Origin: Candidatus Gottesmanbacteria bacterium UBA6580
Lineage (GTDB): Bacteria > Patescibacteriota > Microgenomatia > UBA10105 > UBA927
Length of the DNA: 64,000 nt
Direction: 5' to 3'
Assembly (NCBI GenBank): GCA_002433895.1
Contig: DJJA01000004.1
Span: 24,132-88,131, forward strand
The notes under the pieces were generated by a model that was not told where the DNA came from, ran no database searches, and saw only the letters and a list, made by a program, of their open reading frames with translations. Positions 37,620 to 46,472 of the stretch are shown piece after piece. The first letter of the stretch is position 1; each line of letters starts with the position of its first letter. The position numbers were made by a program, and so were the translations under genes.

Positions 37620-38098
37620 GCCTGCCCGCAATGCTAAGCAACGCGTTGCAGGCGGGCGATCTTTCCTCAGGCGGAAGGATGATGGAATAGTCCTCATCCG
37701 GCTTCTTTGGGATACAACCTGCAATGAACGTGCGTATATTGTAGCGTGCTTTTTGTTAAAATACTACATTGCTTTATGAGTGACCGGAAATTCCCAACGA
37801 TCAGGACGACAGGAAGGGGCTTACCCGTGACGAGGGGTAGTGAGCGCCGCGGCACCCTTTTTCTCACCGAGATAAGCGATGACGAGCTGCTCGTCGAGGA
37901 GATCGATCCGAAAACTGGCGTGATCATCGAACGGAGTAGGTTATCGAGACAGGCATATACCGACGATCAAGCTATCACGGTATATCGGAAAACCCGGAGA
38001 AAATCTCGCCGGGAGCGCGAGTAGGCGTCGCGTTTTCCTGATTTCCGTCGTACAATAGAGATGTTGTACCCCGTAGCCCTGTCCGCCAGTGCCACAGG

Positions 38099-38170
38099 GC
38101 CCTTGTAGCTCAATGGATAGAGCAGACCCGTCCTAAGGGTAAGATGGGGGTTCGATTCCCTCCAGGGGCA
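38099..38170 (+). tRNA. tRNA-Arg (anticodon CCT)
   Basis: Acceptor GCCCTTG/CAGGGGC. D-arm GCTC-AATGGATA-GAGC. Anticodon stem (G)ACCC/GGGT(A) with loop GTCCTAA (U33, CCT). T-arm GGGGG-TTCGATT-CCCTC. Discriminator A. 72 nt. Confidence 0.85.
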
Positions 38171-38184
38171 CAGGCACAGCATGC

Positions 38185-38278
38185 GGGTCAATGGATAGAG
38201 CAGAGACCCGTCCTTCCGCGCCTTGCGCCTCATGTGCAGCGGGCGGGAAGGTAAGATGAGGGTTCGCAGTCCAGCGCT
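38185..38278 (+). pseudogene. Degenerate tRNA-Arg-like copy with about a 35-nt hairpin insertion in the anticodon loop (pseudo-tRNA, or conceivably an intron-bearing tRNA)
   Basis: GGTCAATGGATAGAGCAGAGACCCGTCCT + tccgcgccttgcgcctcatgtgcagcgggcggg + AAGGTAAGATGAGGGTTCGCAGTCC. D-arm and anticodon stem are nearly identical to the upstream tRNA-Arg. The T-arm and acceptor are degraded. Confidence 0.4.
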
Positions 38279-38756
38279 AAACGAGCAAACGCAGATACGC
38301 GAGTAGTAGCGCTGATGAGTGGTTGTGGCTAATTTTTTTGAGGGCACATGTGAGGTAGTGTAAAAGATGTGAGTTGATTTGTTTTTCTTCTTATCATACC
38401 CTATAATATTCAACCTTATGATACGTAGGCCAGAGTTTCCCGCTGTCTCATTTCGCAATTTGTCCCATTCTGCAACGCAGTTTGAGGGAGAGGTTGTACT
38501 TGATAATACACGGCAACTCCGTAGAGCACAGTCTATATGCGAAAATTTTTGTCCGCATTTTAATGGGCAGGGATCAATTGATTGCACCGGTATTGGAGAG
38601 CAGGGAAATGCTGTCGTGCGTGTTAAACGGTCGCAGAGTCGGATCAGGTGGGTACGCATGCGCGTGGCACGTGCGTTTAACGCCCCATGTAATGTGACGT
38701 ATGATGCGATTGTGAATACACGAAAAAAGAGCCGCTGACGGTCTCTCAGGAGGATG

Positions 38757-40052
38757 TTACCGTAAATTAACGATATAGAGGTTGTTGACCGCGGACGCGG
38801 CGCTATTGAGATTAGTGAGAATAACCAGTTTGCCGCCGGAAACCCAGGGAACGGCAAACGAATCCCAGAATGGACCGGCGTATGCCGTGCGTTTATTTGC
38901 CCCGTCGTAATCCATAATTCCTACTTTGTCTTTTTCTACAACAACCAGATGTTTGGATGTGGGCAGCCAATGGAGTACCTGCGCGACGTCATATGTTGGT
39001 TTTAGCGCGGGAACACGAGTGGCGGGTGACGGCTGAGGGAATATCTGGGAGATTTTTGCAACCGGATAATTCCGGTCTTCTTTGACGTCATACACATAGA
39101 TAGTGCCCGGGGTGAGTGTGCGGGATTCTTCGGTCGGGTTGGTGCCGATAAGCGGCGGGGTAATGATTTGCGGTAGTACGGCGGATGCAGTGGCTTCATA
39201 GAGAATTTTTGTCTCATCGGGAGACAGTGAGATGAGTTTAGCGGCTGCAGTCGCGGTGTCGGTGAACAGTCTGGGAACGGTGACTAATTGTTCTTTTGTG
39301 CGCTGTTCCTTGATAGACTGCCATGTGGTTTGAAGTAGTTTGATATTGGAAACGGGAAGTGGTAGGTCATTACTCTGGTCGGCGACCAGCAGGTAATGTG
39401 CATTTGATGAAAGGGTTGCGAGAATTTCTTTGTTATCTGGTGACCAGGTAAGGGTTGCTTTCGAAAAATTGACCGCGCTCGATTTAGCAATTTGCCTCGC
39501 GTCGCGGTTGAGCCCTAATGGTTTATCGACCAGATCAAGCACCCACACCCCTGGCCGGGTGTTGGGAAGTGAAGCAGAGGTGGTGGCGGTCGTGTCGGGT
39601 ATGACGTAGGCAAGTTTTGAGCCATCCGGGGATAGTGATGGATTGACGACGCCGGTAGCGGTGAGCGCAGTAAGCGACGGATTTGTCGGAAGCAACAGTG
39701 CTTCTCCTTTGGCGACTACTTCGCCCTGTATTTTCATCCGTTTTTGCCATGGCTGGAAACCGTCTTTGGCGATGGTGACATCATACCATCCGGGCGGAAG
39801 GGTCAGGGTCGCCTGTGTGGCAGTTTTGACTTTGCCATCGATAATGATTTGTGCTCCTGAAGGATCGGATTGTAAAACGATAAGCCCGGTGGGTTGCACG
39901 GAGCCGTCAGTGTGCAGGCGGTAGCCGCGACCGTACGCAATGATTGCTCCCGCGGTCGCGAGAATGATACAAAAGGTAACAAAGGGTATCAAAAATGAGC
40001 GAATTTTTGTAGCCATAGAAAATGTGAAGTATACGCGTCTAGTATACCGCAC
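38757..40052 (-). CDS. Membrane-anchored PD40/TolB-like beta-propeller repeat protein
   Basis: N-terminal signal anchor MATKIRSFLIPFVTFCIILATAGAIIAYG. PD40-type repeats SLSPDGSKLAYV, TWSPDNKEILAT and SLSPDETKILYEA. Start is either GTG 40052 or ATG 40016. Confidence 0.65.
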   Translation of the reverse strand: MRYTRRVYFTFSMATKIRSFLIPFVTFCIILATAGAIIAYGRGYRLHTDGSVQPTGLIVLQSDPSGAQIIIDGKVKTATQATLTLPPGWYDVTIAKDGFQPWQKRMKIQGEVVAKGEALLLPTNPSLTALTATGVVNPSLSPDGSKLAYVIPDTTATTSASLPNTRPGVWVLDLVDKPLGLNRDARQIAKSSAVNFSKATLTWSPDNKEILATLSSNAHYLLVADQSNDLPLPVSNIKLLQTTWQSIKEQRTKEQLVTVPRLFTDTATAAAKLISLSPDETKILYEATASAVLPQIITPPLIGTNPTEESRTLTPGTIYVYDVKEDRNYPVAKISQIFPQPSPATRVPALKPTYDVAQVLHWLPTSKHLVVVEKDKVGIMDYDGANKRTAYAGPFWDSFAVPWVSGGKLVILTNLNSAASAVNNLYIVNLR

Positions 40053-40118
40053 ATTGTGATAGAATGCTAATAAAGCGTTTCGAGATAAAACCTACGGTTT
40101 TTTCTCTCACAAAAATAT

Positions 40119-41189
40119 ATGTTTGGATTGACGAAGCGACTAGGAATAGATTTAGGCACGGCAAATTCCGTTGTCTGGCTGGCAGGCACGGGGGTAGTGC
40201 TTAATGAGCCTACGGTTGTTGCGGTGACCACTGATGACGGACGAGTCGTCGCGGTGGGGAACGAGGCCAAGGATATGCTTGGGAGAACTCCCGGCAATAT
40301 TATGGCAAGCCGGCCCATGCGGGACGGAGTGATAGCCGATTACCGTATTACCGAAGCGATGCTTTCGCATTTTATTGACCGGGCAGTAGGCAGAAACCGC
40401 ATATTGAAGCCAGAGGTGATGATTTGTGTGCCTACAGGAGCTTCTCAGGTAGAACGCCGGGCGGTCGTGGATGCAACGCTCGCCGCGGGAGCCAAAGTTG
40501 CCTATCTTATCGAAGAGCCACTTGCGGCAGCCATTGGCGCGAAAATCCCTATCGCACAGGCCAGCGGGCATATGATTGTCGATATGGGCGGTGGCAGCAC
40601 GGAAGCGGCTGTGATTTCTCTCGGTGGGGTGGTTGTACATAAAAGCGCACGGGTAGCCGGCAATAAGATTGATGAGGCTATCGCTAATTTTGTAAAGAAA
40701 AATTATAACCTGATTATCGGTGAACGGATGGCAGAGGCAATCAAAATAACCATTGGTGACGCGGTGGGCGGTAAGATTGCGCCAAGCGCCAAGCCAGGTA
40801 CTCCTGCTCAAATAAAAGCCGGGACACCAAAAGAAAACCAGGAAAGTATGGAGGTGCGGGGAAGAGACGCTATTTCCGGGCTCCCACGGATTATCAATCT
40901 GACGAAATCTGAAGTGACACTTGCTATCAGTCCGGTGCTTCATCATGTGATTGCCGCGATCAAAAGCGTGTTGGAAGAAACGCCGCCCGAGTTAGCGGCG
41001 GATATCATTGATAAGGGGATTGTGATGGCTGGTGGGACCAGTTTGCTGCGGAATTTTGATAAATTAGTAACGGAAATGACCGGAGTTCCCGCGCATATTG
41101 CTGATGAACCGCTTCTTTGTGTAGTGAGGGGCACCGGGGTGGCGATAGAAAATATCGAATTGTACAAGCGGAGCATAAGTAAAAAATAA
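40119..41189 (+). CDS. mreB: Rod-shape-determining actin homologue MreB
   Basis: GIDLGTANSVVWLAGTGVVLNEPTVVAV… is the phosphate-1 motif of the actin/Hsp70 fold. …MIVDMGGGSTEAAVISLGG…, 356 aa. Confidence 0.9.
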   Translation: MFGLTKRLGIDLGTANSVVWLAGTGVVLNEPTVVAVTTDDGRVVAVGNEAKDMLGRTPGNIMASRPMRDGVIADYRITEAMLSHFIDRAVGRNRILKPEVMICVPTGASQVERRAVVDATLAAGAKVAYLIEEPLAAAIGAKIPIAQASGHMIVDMGGGSTEAAVISLGGVVVHKSARVAGNKIDEAIANFVKKNYNLIIGERMAEAIKITIGDAVGGKIAPSAKPGTPAQIKAGTPKENQESMEVRGRDAISGLPRIINLTKSEVTLAISPVLHHVIAAIKSVLEETPPELAADIIDKGIVMAGGTSLLRNFDKLVTEMTGVPAHIADEPLLCVVRGTGVAIENIELYKRSISKK

Positions 41190-41438
41190 CGTCACCGTAA
41201 CCCAAGAGGGGTAGTAAAAAAACTACTAAGACTTATAGTTTAATAGGAATTATTGAGATAAGTCGAAAATCGGTTATAATGCGGTAAATAAGAATTTTTT
41301 AGATAATAACTTATAGTTAATTTGATAACGTGAAGAGTAAAAGTGGAAAAAAGTGAATAATTAGCTACATTTATTAGTGTTCAATACATATATACATTCC
41401 TATTTTTTTCAATTAAATTCCGTATATAGCGCTATTAT

Positions 41439-42275
41439 ATGAGCTTAAATAATCAAAAAATTCTCGGGATAAGTGTTACTACAGATAAGAAGGAAATAAT
41501 CCTAGAAGATATCAAAGAAGGTCTAAGCGTTTTTGCACAATCACGGCATCAACCCCCGGGAAAACGAAGGAAACCCCGTATAGTTGTCACTCCAAATCCG
41601 GAACAAATCATGTATGCGAGGAAGCATAAGCAATTCAGGGATATACTCAATCAGGCTGATGTGGCGCTCCCGGATGGCATAGGGTTGGTGTGGGCAGCGC
41701 GGTTTTTAGGTGACAAGACCTCTGGTACAACAGATGGCGAAACAATTACCCGGATACCAGGCGTGGAATTTATGGAAGATCTCGTGCAGGATGCCGCGAA
41801 ACGGGGCGTCAGAATAGGACTTATAGGCGGTTTTACAGGTTTAGCAGTCAAGGCTTTGGAGTGCTTACAGGGTGCGTATCCAAGCTTAATGGGCTGGGCA
41901 GAAGACGGACCGGCACTCCAAGGGGCTGATGAGACGGTCATAGAGGATATAGAAGCTTCGTATTGGCGCCGTTTAGCAGAAAAAATAGTAAAAACAAAGA
42001 CTGGTATTGTCTTTGTCGGTTTGGGGGCACCGAAGCAGGAGTATTTTATCTACCGGCTCACTCAGGAATTGTCTGCACCGGTGGTTTGCATGAGTGTGGG
42101 TGGGTCATTTGCCATTTTCGCAAATAAACTCAAACGTGCACCATTATTTATTAGATCGATAGGGTTTGAGTGGTTTTGGCGATTACTTCAAGAGCCATGG
42201 CGAGTGCGCCGGCAATTCCAATTATTTCGTTTCATCGTATTGGTGTTTCGAACAAAATTTTTGCATCCCCGTTAA
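41439..42275 (+). CDS. WecB/TagA/CpsF-family glycosyltransferase (N-acetylmannosaminyl- or glucosyl-transferase type)
   Basis: IVVTPNPEQIMYA, VALPDGIGLVWAARFLG, GLGAPKQEYFI: family-diagnostic motifs. Confidence 0.8.
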   Translation: MSLNNQKILGISVTTDKKEIILEDIKEGLSVFAQSRHQPPGKRRKPRIVVTPNPEQIMYARKHKQFRDILNQADVALPDGIGLVWAARFLGDKTSGTTDGETITRIPGVEFMEDLVQDAAKRGVRIGLIGGFTGLAVKALECLQGAYPSLMGWAEDGPALQGADETVIEDIEASYWRRLAEKIVKTKTGIVFVGLGAPKQEYFIYRLTQELSAPVVCMSVGGSFAIFANKLKRAPLFIRSIGFEWFWRLLQEPWRVRRQFQLFRFIVLVFRTKFLHPR

Positions 42276-42395
42276 GGTTTCCTCCCGGCTCACGTGAGCC
42301 CGCATACTTCAATTGTTTTCTTGTCTGGCGGCGGATGGGTTTTGAAGGCACTCTGGTTGTGGGTGGTACGTGCGGTAATGTATAATACTCAAATC

Positions 42396-43607
42396 ATGCG
42401 GATTCTGTATTTACAGACGTTCCCGTTTTGGGGTTCCGGGAGTGGTACATACGCGCGGCATCTTGCTTCTGAAGTAGGCAGGCGCCATAAGGTTGCTATT
42501 TTGGCACCTGATACGCGACCTATTGAACGGGCGAAACTTTACCCCGTGACACTCCCATTTCCTGTCGCATTTACCGGGCATCCCGAATGGCCGGATTGTA
42601 AACTCTATCAAAACCTCACGAGTGAAGAGATTTGGGAAGTATATGACACGTTTCTCCGCGCGACTATCAAGGCGGTAGAAGATTTCCGCCCTGAAATAAT
42701 CCATGCGCATCATGCCTTTCCGACCGCCTGGCTCGCGGCGTTCATCAAAGACACCTACAACATAAATTATGTGGTCACTATTCATGGATCTGAGCTCCCC
42801 ACACTTGAGCGTGACCGGCGGTATTGGCAGCGCACGTTTGATGCGATGTACCGGGCGAAAGCAATTTATCCGAATTCCGGCTACACCAGAGACTGGTTCC
42901 TGCGGATTTTTAAGGGGAATTTCCGTGAGAAATGCAAGGTTATTCCGGGAGGGGTGAACATCGAAAAATTCATTCATAGTGATTCGGGGGCCAAAGACGT
43001 TGATAAAAGCCTCAATCTTCATGGGAAGCCGGTGGTGGTGTTTGCCGGCAAGCTCACGAAATATAAAGGTGTGGAATATCTTGTGGGGGCGGCAAAAAAT
43101 ATTCATGGCGAAGTGGTTATCTTGGGTGATGGTCCGGAGCGTAAGAGTCTTGAGGAAAAAGCGAAAAATTTGGGGCTTACCAATATTCATTTTATTGGCC
43201 ATCTGGGAGCAGGAGTGAAAAAACTAGTGCCGTATTACTCACGAGCCGACGTGTTTGTCGCGCCCAGCGTCTGGGACGAGCCATTGGGACTCGTTATTTT
43301 GGAATCAATGGCGTGTGGTACGCCAGTGGTGGTGACGCGGAAGGGGGGTATCCCACTCGCCGTGAAAGAAGGGTATAACGGATTTTTTGTGCGTCCACGG
43401 AATAGTTCAGAGATTGTAGAGAAAGTGAACAAACTGTTAGATAATCTATCATTACGTAACAAAATGGGTCAGAATTCACGGAAATCAGTGGAGGAAAAGT
43501 TTTCCTGGACGACTATTGGTGGCCAGTTTGAGCAGGGATATGGCAAATATGCCAAAAAGCCCAATGGTACCGCACCTCCGCCGCAAGTTCCCACGGTAAA
43601 AAAGTAA
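42396..43607 (+). CDS. Glycosyltransferase family 4
   Basis: MRILYLQTFPFWGSGSGTYARHLA N-terminus. C-terminal EPLGLVILESMACGTPVVVTRKGGIP (E-x7-E region). The ORF track begins at an upstream ATG (42294), judged less likely. Confidence 0.8.
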   Translation: MRILYLQTFPFWGSGSGTYARHLASEVGRRHKVAILAPDTRPIERAKLYPVTLPFPVAFTGHPEWPDCKLYQNLTSEEIWEVYDTFLRATIKAVEDFRPEIIHAHHAFPTAWLAAFIKDTYNINYVVTIHGSELPTLERDRRYWQRTFDAMYRAKAIYPNSGYTRDWFLRIFKGNFREKCKVIPGGVNIEKFIHSDSGAKDVDKSLNLHGKPVVVFAGKLTKYKGVEYLVGAAKNIHGEVVILGDGPERKSLEEKAKNLGLTNIHFIGHLGAGVKKLVPYYSRADVFVAPSVWDEPLGLVILESMACGTPVVVTRKGGIPLAVKEGYNGFFVRPRNSSEIVEKVNKLLDNLSLRNKMGQNSRKSVEEKFSWTTIGGQFEQGYGKYAKKPNGTAPPPQVPTVKK

Positions 43608-43650
43608 TACATCTTGGATTTCTTTCCGTAACTGTAGTAGGCTAGAGCTT

Positions 43651-44724
43651 ATGAAGGTTCTCATCTTGGGTTCAGTCGCGCTTCCGGTGCCTCCGCCAAA
43701 GCAGGGAGGGACAGAGCGCATCGCCTATTGGCAGGCGACGGGGCTCGCAAAGTGTGGGTACGCAGTGACGCTCGTTGCCGCGCACGGCTCTAAAGTCGAT
43801 CCTTTGTATACGCTGGTAGAAATAGGCGGCGGAGATACCGTGACCGGGTCTTCCACGCAGTCAACAAGTGGTTTTACCGAAGGGTCGAGAAATCTCCGGA
43901 AAGAAATGATCTATATGGCTGAAGTTTCCCAGTGGCTGCTTGATCATGGGAAGTCATTCGACATTATTATTAACAATATGCGCGGCGGGGAGTCGGTACT
44001 TCTTCCGGTCGCCAAGCTTATCGGCCGGCCATTTGTAACGGTGATGCACCTGCCGGTATTTGATGAATTGGCGCAATTATTCCGTGCTTACCACACACCG
44101 GTTATCACCATTAGCAACGCGCAGCGGAAGGGGTTTGATGGAGTGAATTATGTGGGCACGGTGTACAACGCGACCGACCTCGACGAACTGCCGTTTCAAG
44201 AAGCTCCCAAAGATTATGTGTTGATGATGGGTTCGGTAGCTCCCCACAAAAATCAGAAAGATGGTATTTTGGCGGCAAAAGCGTTGGGTAAAAAGATAGT
44301 ACTCGCGGGCAAAATCGGGAACCAGGAGTATTGGACAAGGGAGATTGCGCCACTTGTCGACGGGGTTACCGTCGTGCACAAAGGGGAAATGGACATCGCC
44401 GAAAAAGCGGCACTTTTGGGAGGAGCGGAAGCGCTCGTGTTTCCTATTGTGTGGCCGGAGCCGTTTGGGCTAGTGATGATAGAGGCGATGGCGTGCGGTA
44501 CGCCGGTCGTTGCATATAATAATGGCGCTGTTTCTGAGGTTGTAGTTGATAGAAAGACAGGATTTGTTATAGATCCGTCACAAGGGGTAAACGGGTTAGT
44601 TGATGCCCTGAAACGTATACCGGAAATATCGCGTGAGGATTGCAGAACGCATGTGCAACACAATTTTACGGTAAAAGAAATGATCGATAGCCTAAAAAAA
44701 GCACTGCAGCGTGTGAAAGCTTAG
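43651..44724 (+). CDS. Glycosyltransferase family 4 (paralogue A)
   Basis: MKVLILGSVALPVPPPKQGGTERIAYW… and EPFGLVMIEAMACGTPVVAYNNGAVSEVV. Confidence 0.8.
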   Translation: MKVLILGSVALPVPPPKQGGTERIAYWQATGLAKCGYAVTLVAAHGSKVDPLYTLVEIGGGDTVTGSSTQSTSGFTEGSRNLRKEMIYMAEVSQWLLDHGKSFDIIINNMRGGESVLLPVAKLIGRPFVTVMHLPVFDELAQLFRAYHTPVITISNAQRKGFDGVNYVGTVYNATDLDELPFQEAPKDYVLMMGSVAPHKNQKDGILAAKALGKKIVLAGKIGNQEYWTREIAPLVDGVTVVHKGEMDIAEKAALLGGAEALVFPIVWPEPFGLVMIEAMACGTPVVAYNNGAVSEVVVDRKTGFVIDPSQGVNGLVDALKRIPEISREDCRTHVQHNFTVKEMIDSLKKALQRVKA

Positions 44725-45032
44725 ATAAAGTAAGAAATTGTTTGTCCCTGGCTAAGCAAATTTTCGATCACATCTAAACGTCCACCTGTCCGTGTCGCTG
44801 CCCGAAATACTGCAACTTGTTCATGTTGACCAGGTATTCCATGGGTAAGCGCATCAAGCTTTGTGAGATTGGTATAGGTTCTGACTGGGCGTTTTCCACG
44901 GGTGGTCATGACATCAGAATGACGTATTGTTACCAGTTCTCCTTCGGGATTTTTAAATAAGTGTACCGATATCATAGGGTTTTTATGAATGCAGAGACCT
45001 ATATTATACCGCGATTTGTGCGAGATATGCAA
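44721..45032 (-). CDS. Small hypothetical protein inserted between GT genes
   Basis: 103-aa ORF, divergent from 45096..45356. No motifs recognised. Confidence 0.3.
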   Translation of the reverse strand: MHISHKSRYNIGLCIHKNPMISVHLFKNPEGELVTIRHSDVMTTRGKRPVRTYTNLTKLDALTHGIPGQHEQVAVFRAATRTGGRLDVIENLLSQGQTISYFI

Positions 45033-45095
45033 ATGAGTACAGCCTGTTTGTCTTGAGCGCGTGTTCCATTGTAAAATCGTTGCCTGCCTTTATTT

Positions 45096-45356
45096 ATGAA
45101 CGAAACACGGGGAGCAAAACGGCTTCATTTATTAACCGGTACGATGCGGGATATATCGGAGTTTGAAGAAGAGGCGGTACACATCGAAGTGTATCTGGGG
45201 GGTGAGTGGAAGCGGCGGGTGATGGTATTGCCCAAGTGGCAAATTGCCATAATGCGTGAGCGTGGTGTGTATAGCATGACGGATGACGACAAAGAAGAAA
45301 TTCAGGTGCGGCTCGCGCCTGAACGCAGGGCGCGCGCGAGACGTGTCCGCCGTTAA
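45096..45356 (+). CDS. Small hypothetical charged protein
   Basis: 86-aa ORF with an Arg-rich C-terminus. Confidence 0.3.
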   Translation: MNETRGAKRLHLLTGTMRDISEFEEEAVHIEVYLGGEWKRRVMVLPKWQIAIMRERGVYSMTDDDKEEIQVRLAPERRARARRVRR

Positions 45357-45413
45357 CGAATAAAATACCGCGCCGAGAAACCACTCCTTCATTTTTCATG
45401 CTATGATAAAAAT

Positions 45414-46472
45414 ATGCGTATAGCCCAGCTTGCCCCGCCGTATCTTCCTGTTCCACCCAAACAATACGGAGGCACCGAACGGATTGTTTCTCTCCTTACC
45501 GAAGGATTGGTTGCCCGGGGACATGACGTAACTCTTTTTGCCAGTGGAGACAGTATCACGTCAGCAACGCTTTCGAGCGTATATCCTGCCGCACTTGGTA
45601 ATAGCGGATTAAACAAAGGTGATGATGCCAAGCCGCTTGTCCACTATCACGCGTGTTATGCGAGAGCTTCGGAGTTTGATATCATCCACAGCCACGGCCA
45701 GTATCTGAGTGTACCCGGGGCAGAGGGGTTGCGTACCCCCGTGGTGTTTACCTGGCACGGCTCGTTTTATCCGGGAGAAACCGCCGAAGAAAAACGGGCT
45801 TTGCTGCAAAAATATAAACACCTCCGGTATATTTCTATTTCTGATAATCAGCGCGGTGGCCTGCCGGAACTTCATTATGTGGCTACGGTGTACAACGCAC
45901 TCGATGTTTATGCCTATGCGTTTTCGCGTCATGCATCTGATTATCTATTGTGGGTGGGGAGAGTAAGTCCCAAAAAAGGGGCATTGGATGCTATACGCGT
46001 GGCAAAGAGTCTTGGGATACGGCTCGAGATGGCTGCGGCCATAGACCCTATTGACCGCCCATATTTTGATGAACAGATTAAGCCCCATATAGATGGCGAG
46101 CGGGTGGTTTATCATGGTGAAGTCGGGCACGACGCGCTCGTAGAGCTGTATGGAGGAGCGGTTGCCACACTGTACCCGATTTCGTGGCATGAGCCATTTG
46201 GTCTGGTGATGGTGGAAAGCATGGCGTGTGGCACTCCGGTTATTGCGTATAACATGGGTTCTGTATCTGAAATAGTACGAGATGGATTGAATGGGTTTGT
46301 AGTAGATGTGTCAGCAGGAATTGACGGCCTGTGTGCTGCAGTGAAGCGCATAACGGAAATAGATCGAGTGGCATGTCGGGCAGATGTGAAAGTCCGGTTT
46401 CATACCGACCGGATGGTTTTGGATTATGAAAAGGCGTATGAAACGATAATTCATGAACATACCCATATATGA
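45414..46472 (+). CDS. Glycosyltransferase family 4 (paralogue B)
   Basis: MRIAQLAPPYLPVPPKQYGGTERIVSLL… and EPFGLVMVESMACGTPVIAYNMGSVSEIV. Confidence 0.8.
   Translation: MRIAQLAPPYLPVPPKQYGGTERIVSLLTEGLVARGHDVTLFASGDSITSATLSSVYPAALGNSGLNKGDDAKPLVHYHACYARASEFDIIHSHGQYLSVPGAEGLRTPVVFTWHGSFYPGETAEEKRALLQKYKHLRYISISDNQRGGLPELHYVATVYNALDVYAYAFSRHASDYLLWVGRVSPKKGALDAIRVAKSLGIRLEMAAAIDPIDRPYFDEQIKPHIDGERVVYHGEVGHDALVELYGGAVATLYPISWHEPFGLVMVESMACGTPVIAYNMGSVSEIVRDGLNGFVVDVSAGIDGLCAAVKRITEIDRVACRADVKVRFHTDRMVLDYEKAYETIIHEHTHI

Noticed and set aside
37967-38857. 296-aa minus-strand ORF and smaller ORFs (37278-37568, 37286-37690) overlapping the tRNA-Pro and tRNA-Arg genes
   Set aside because: They overlap well-formed tRNA genes on either strand. 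Their translations are Ser/Arg/Cys-rich nonsense.
44721-45356. Toxin-antitoxin pair interpretation for the two small ORFs inside the GT cluster
   Set aside because: They are divergently transcribed rather than co-directional and show no recognisable HicA/RelE/Phd motifs. Kept only as a low-interest note.
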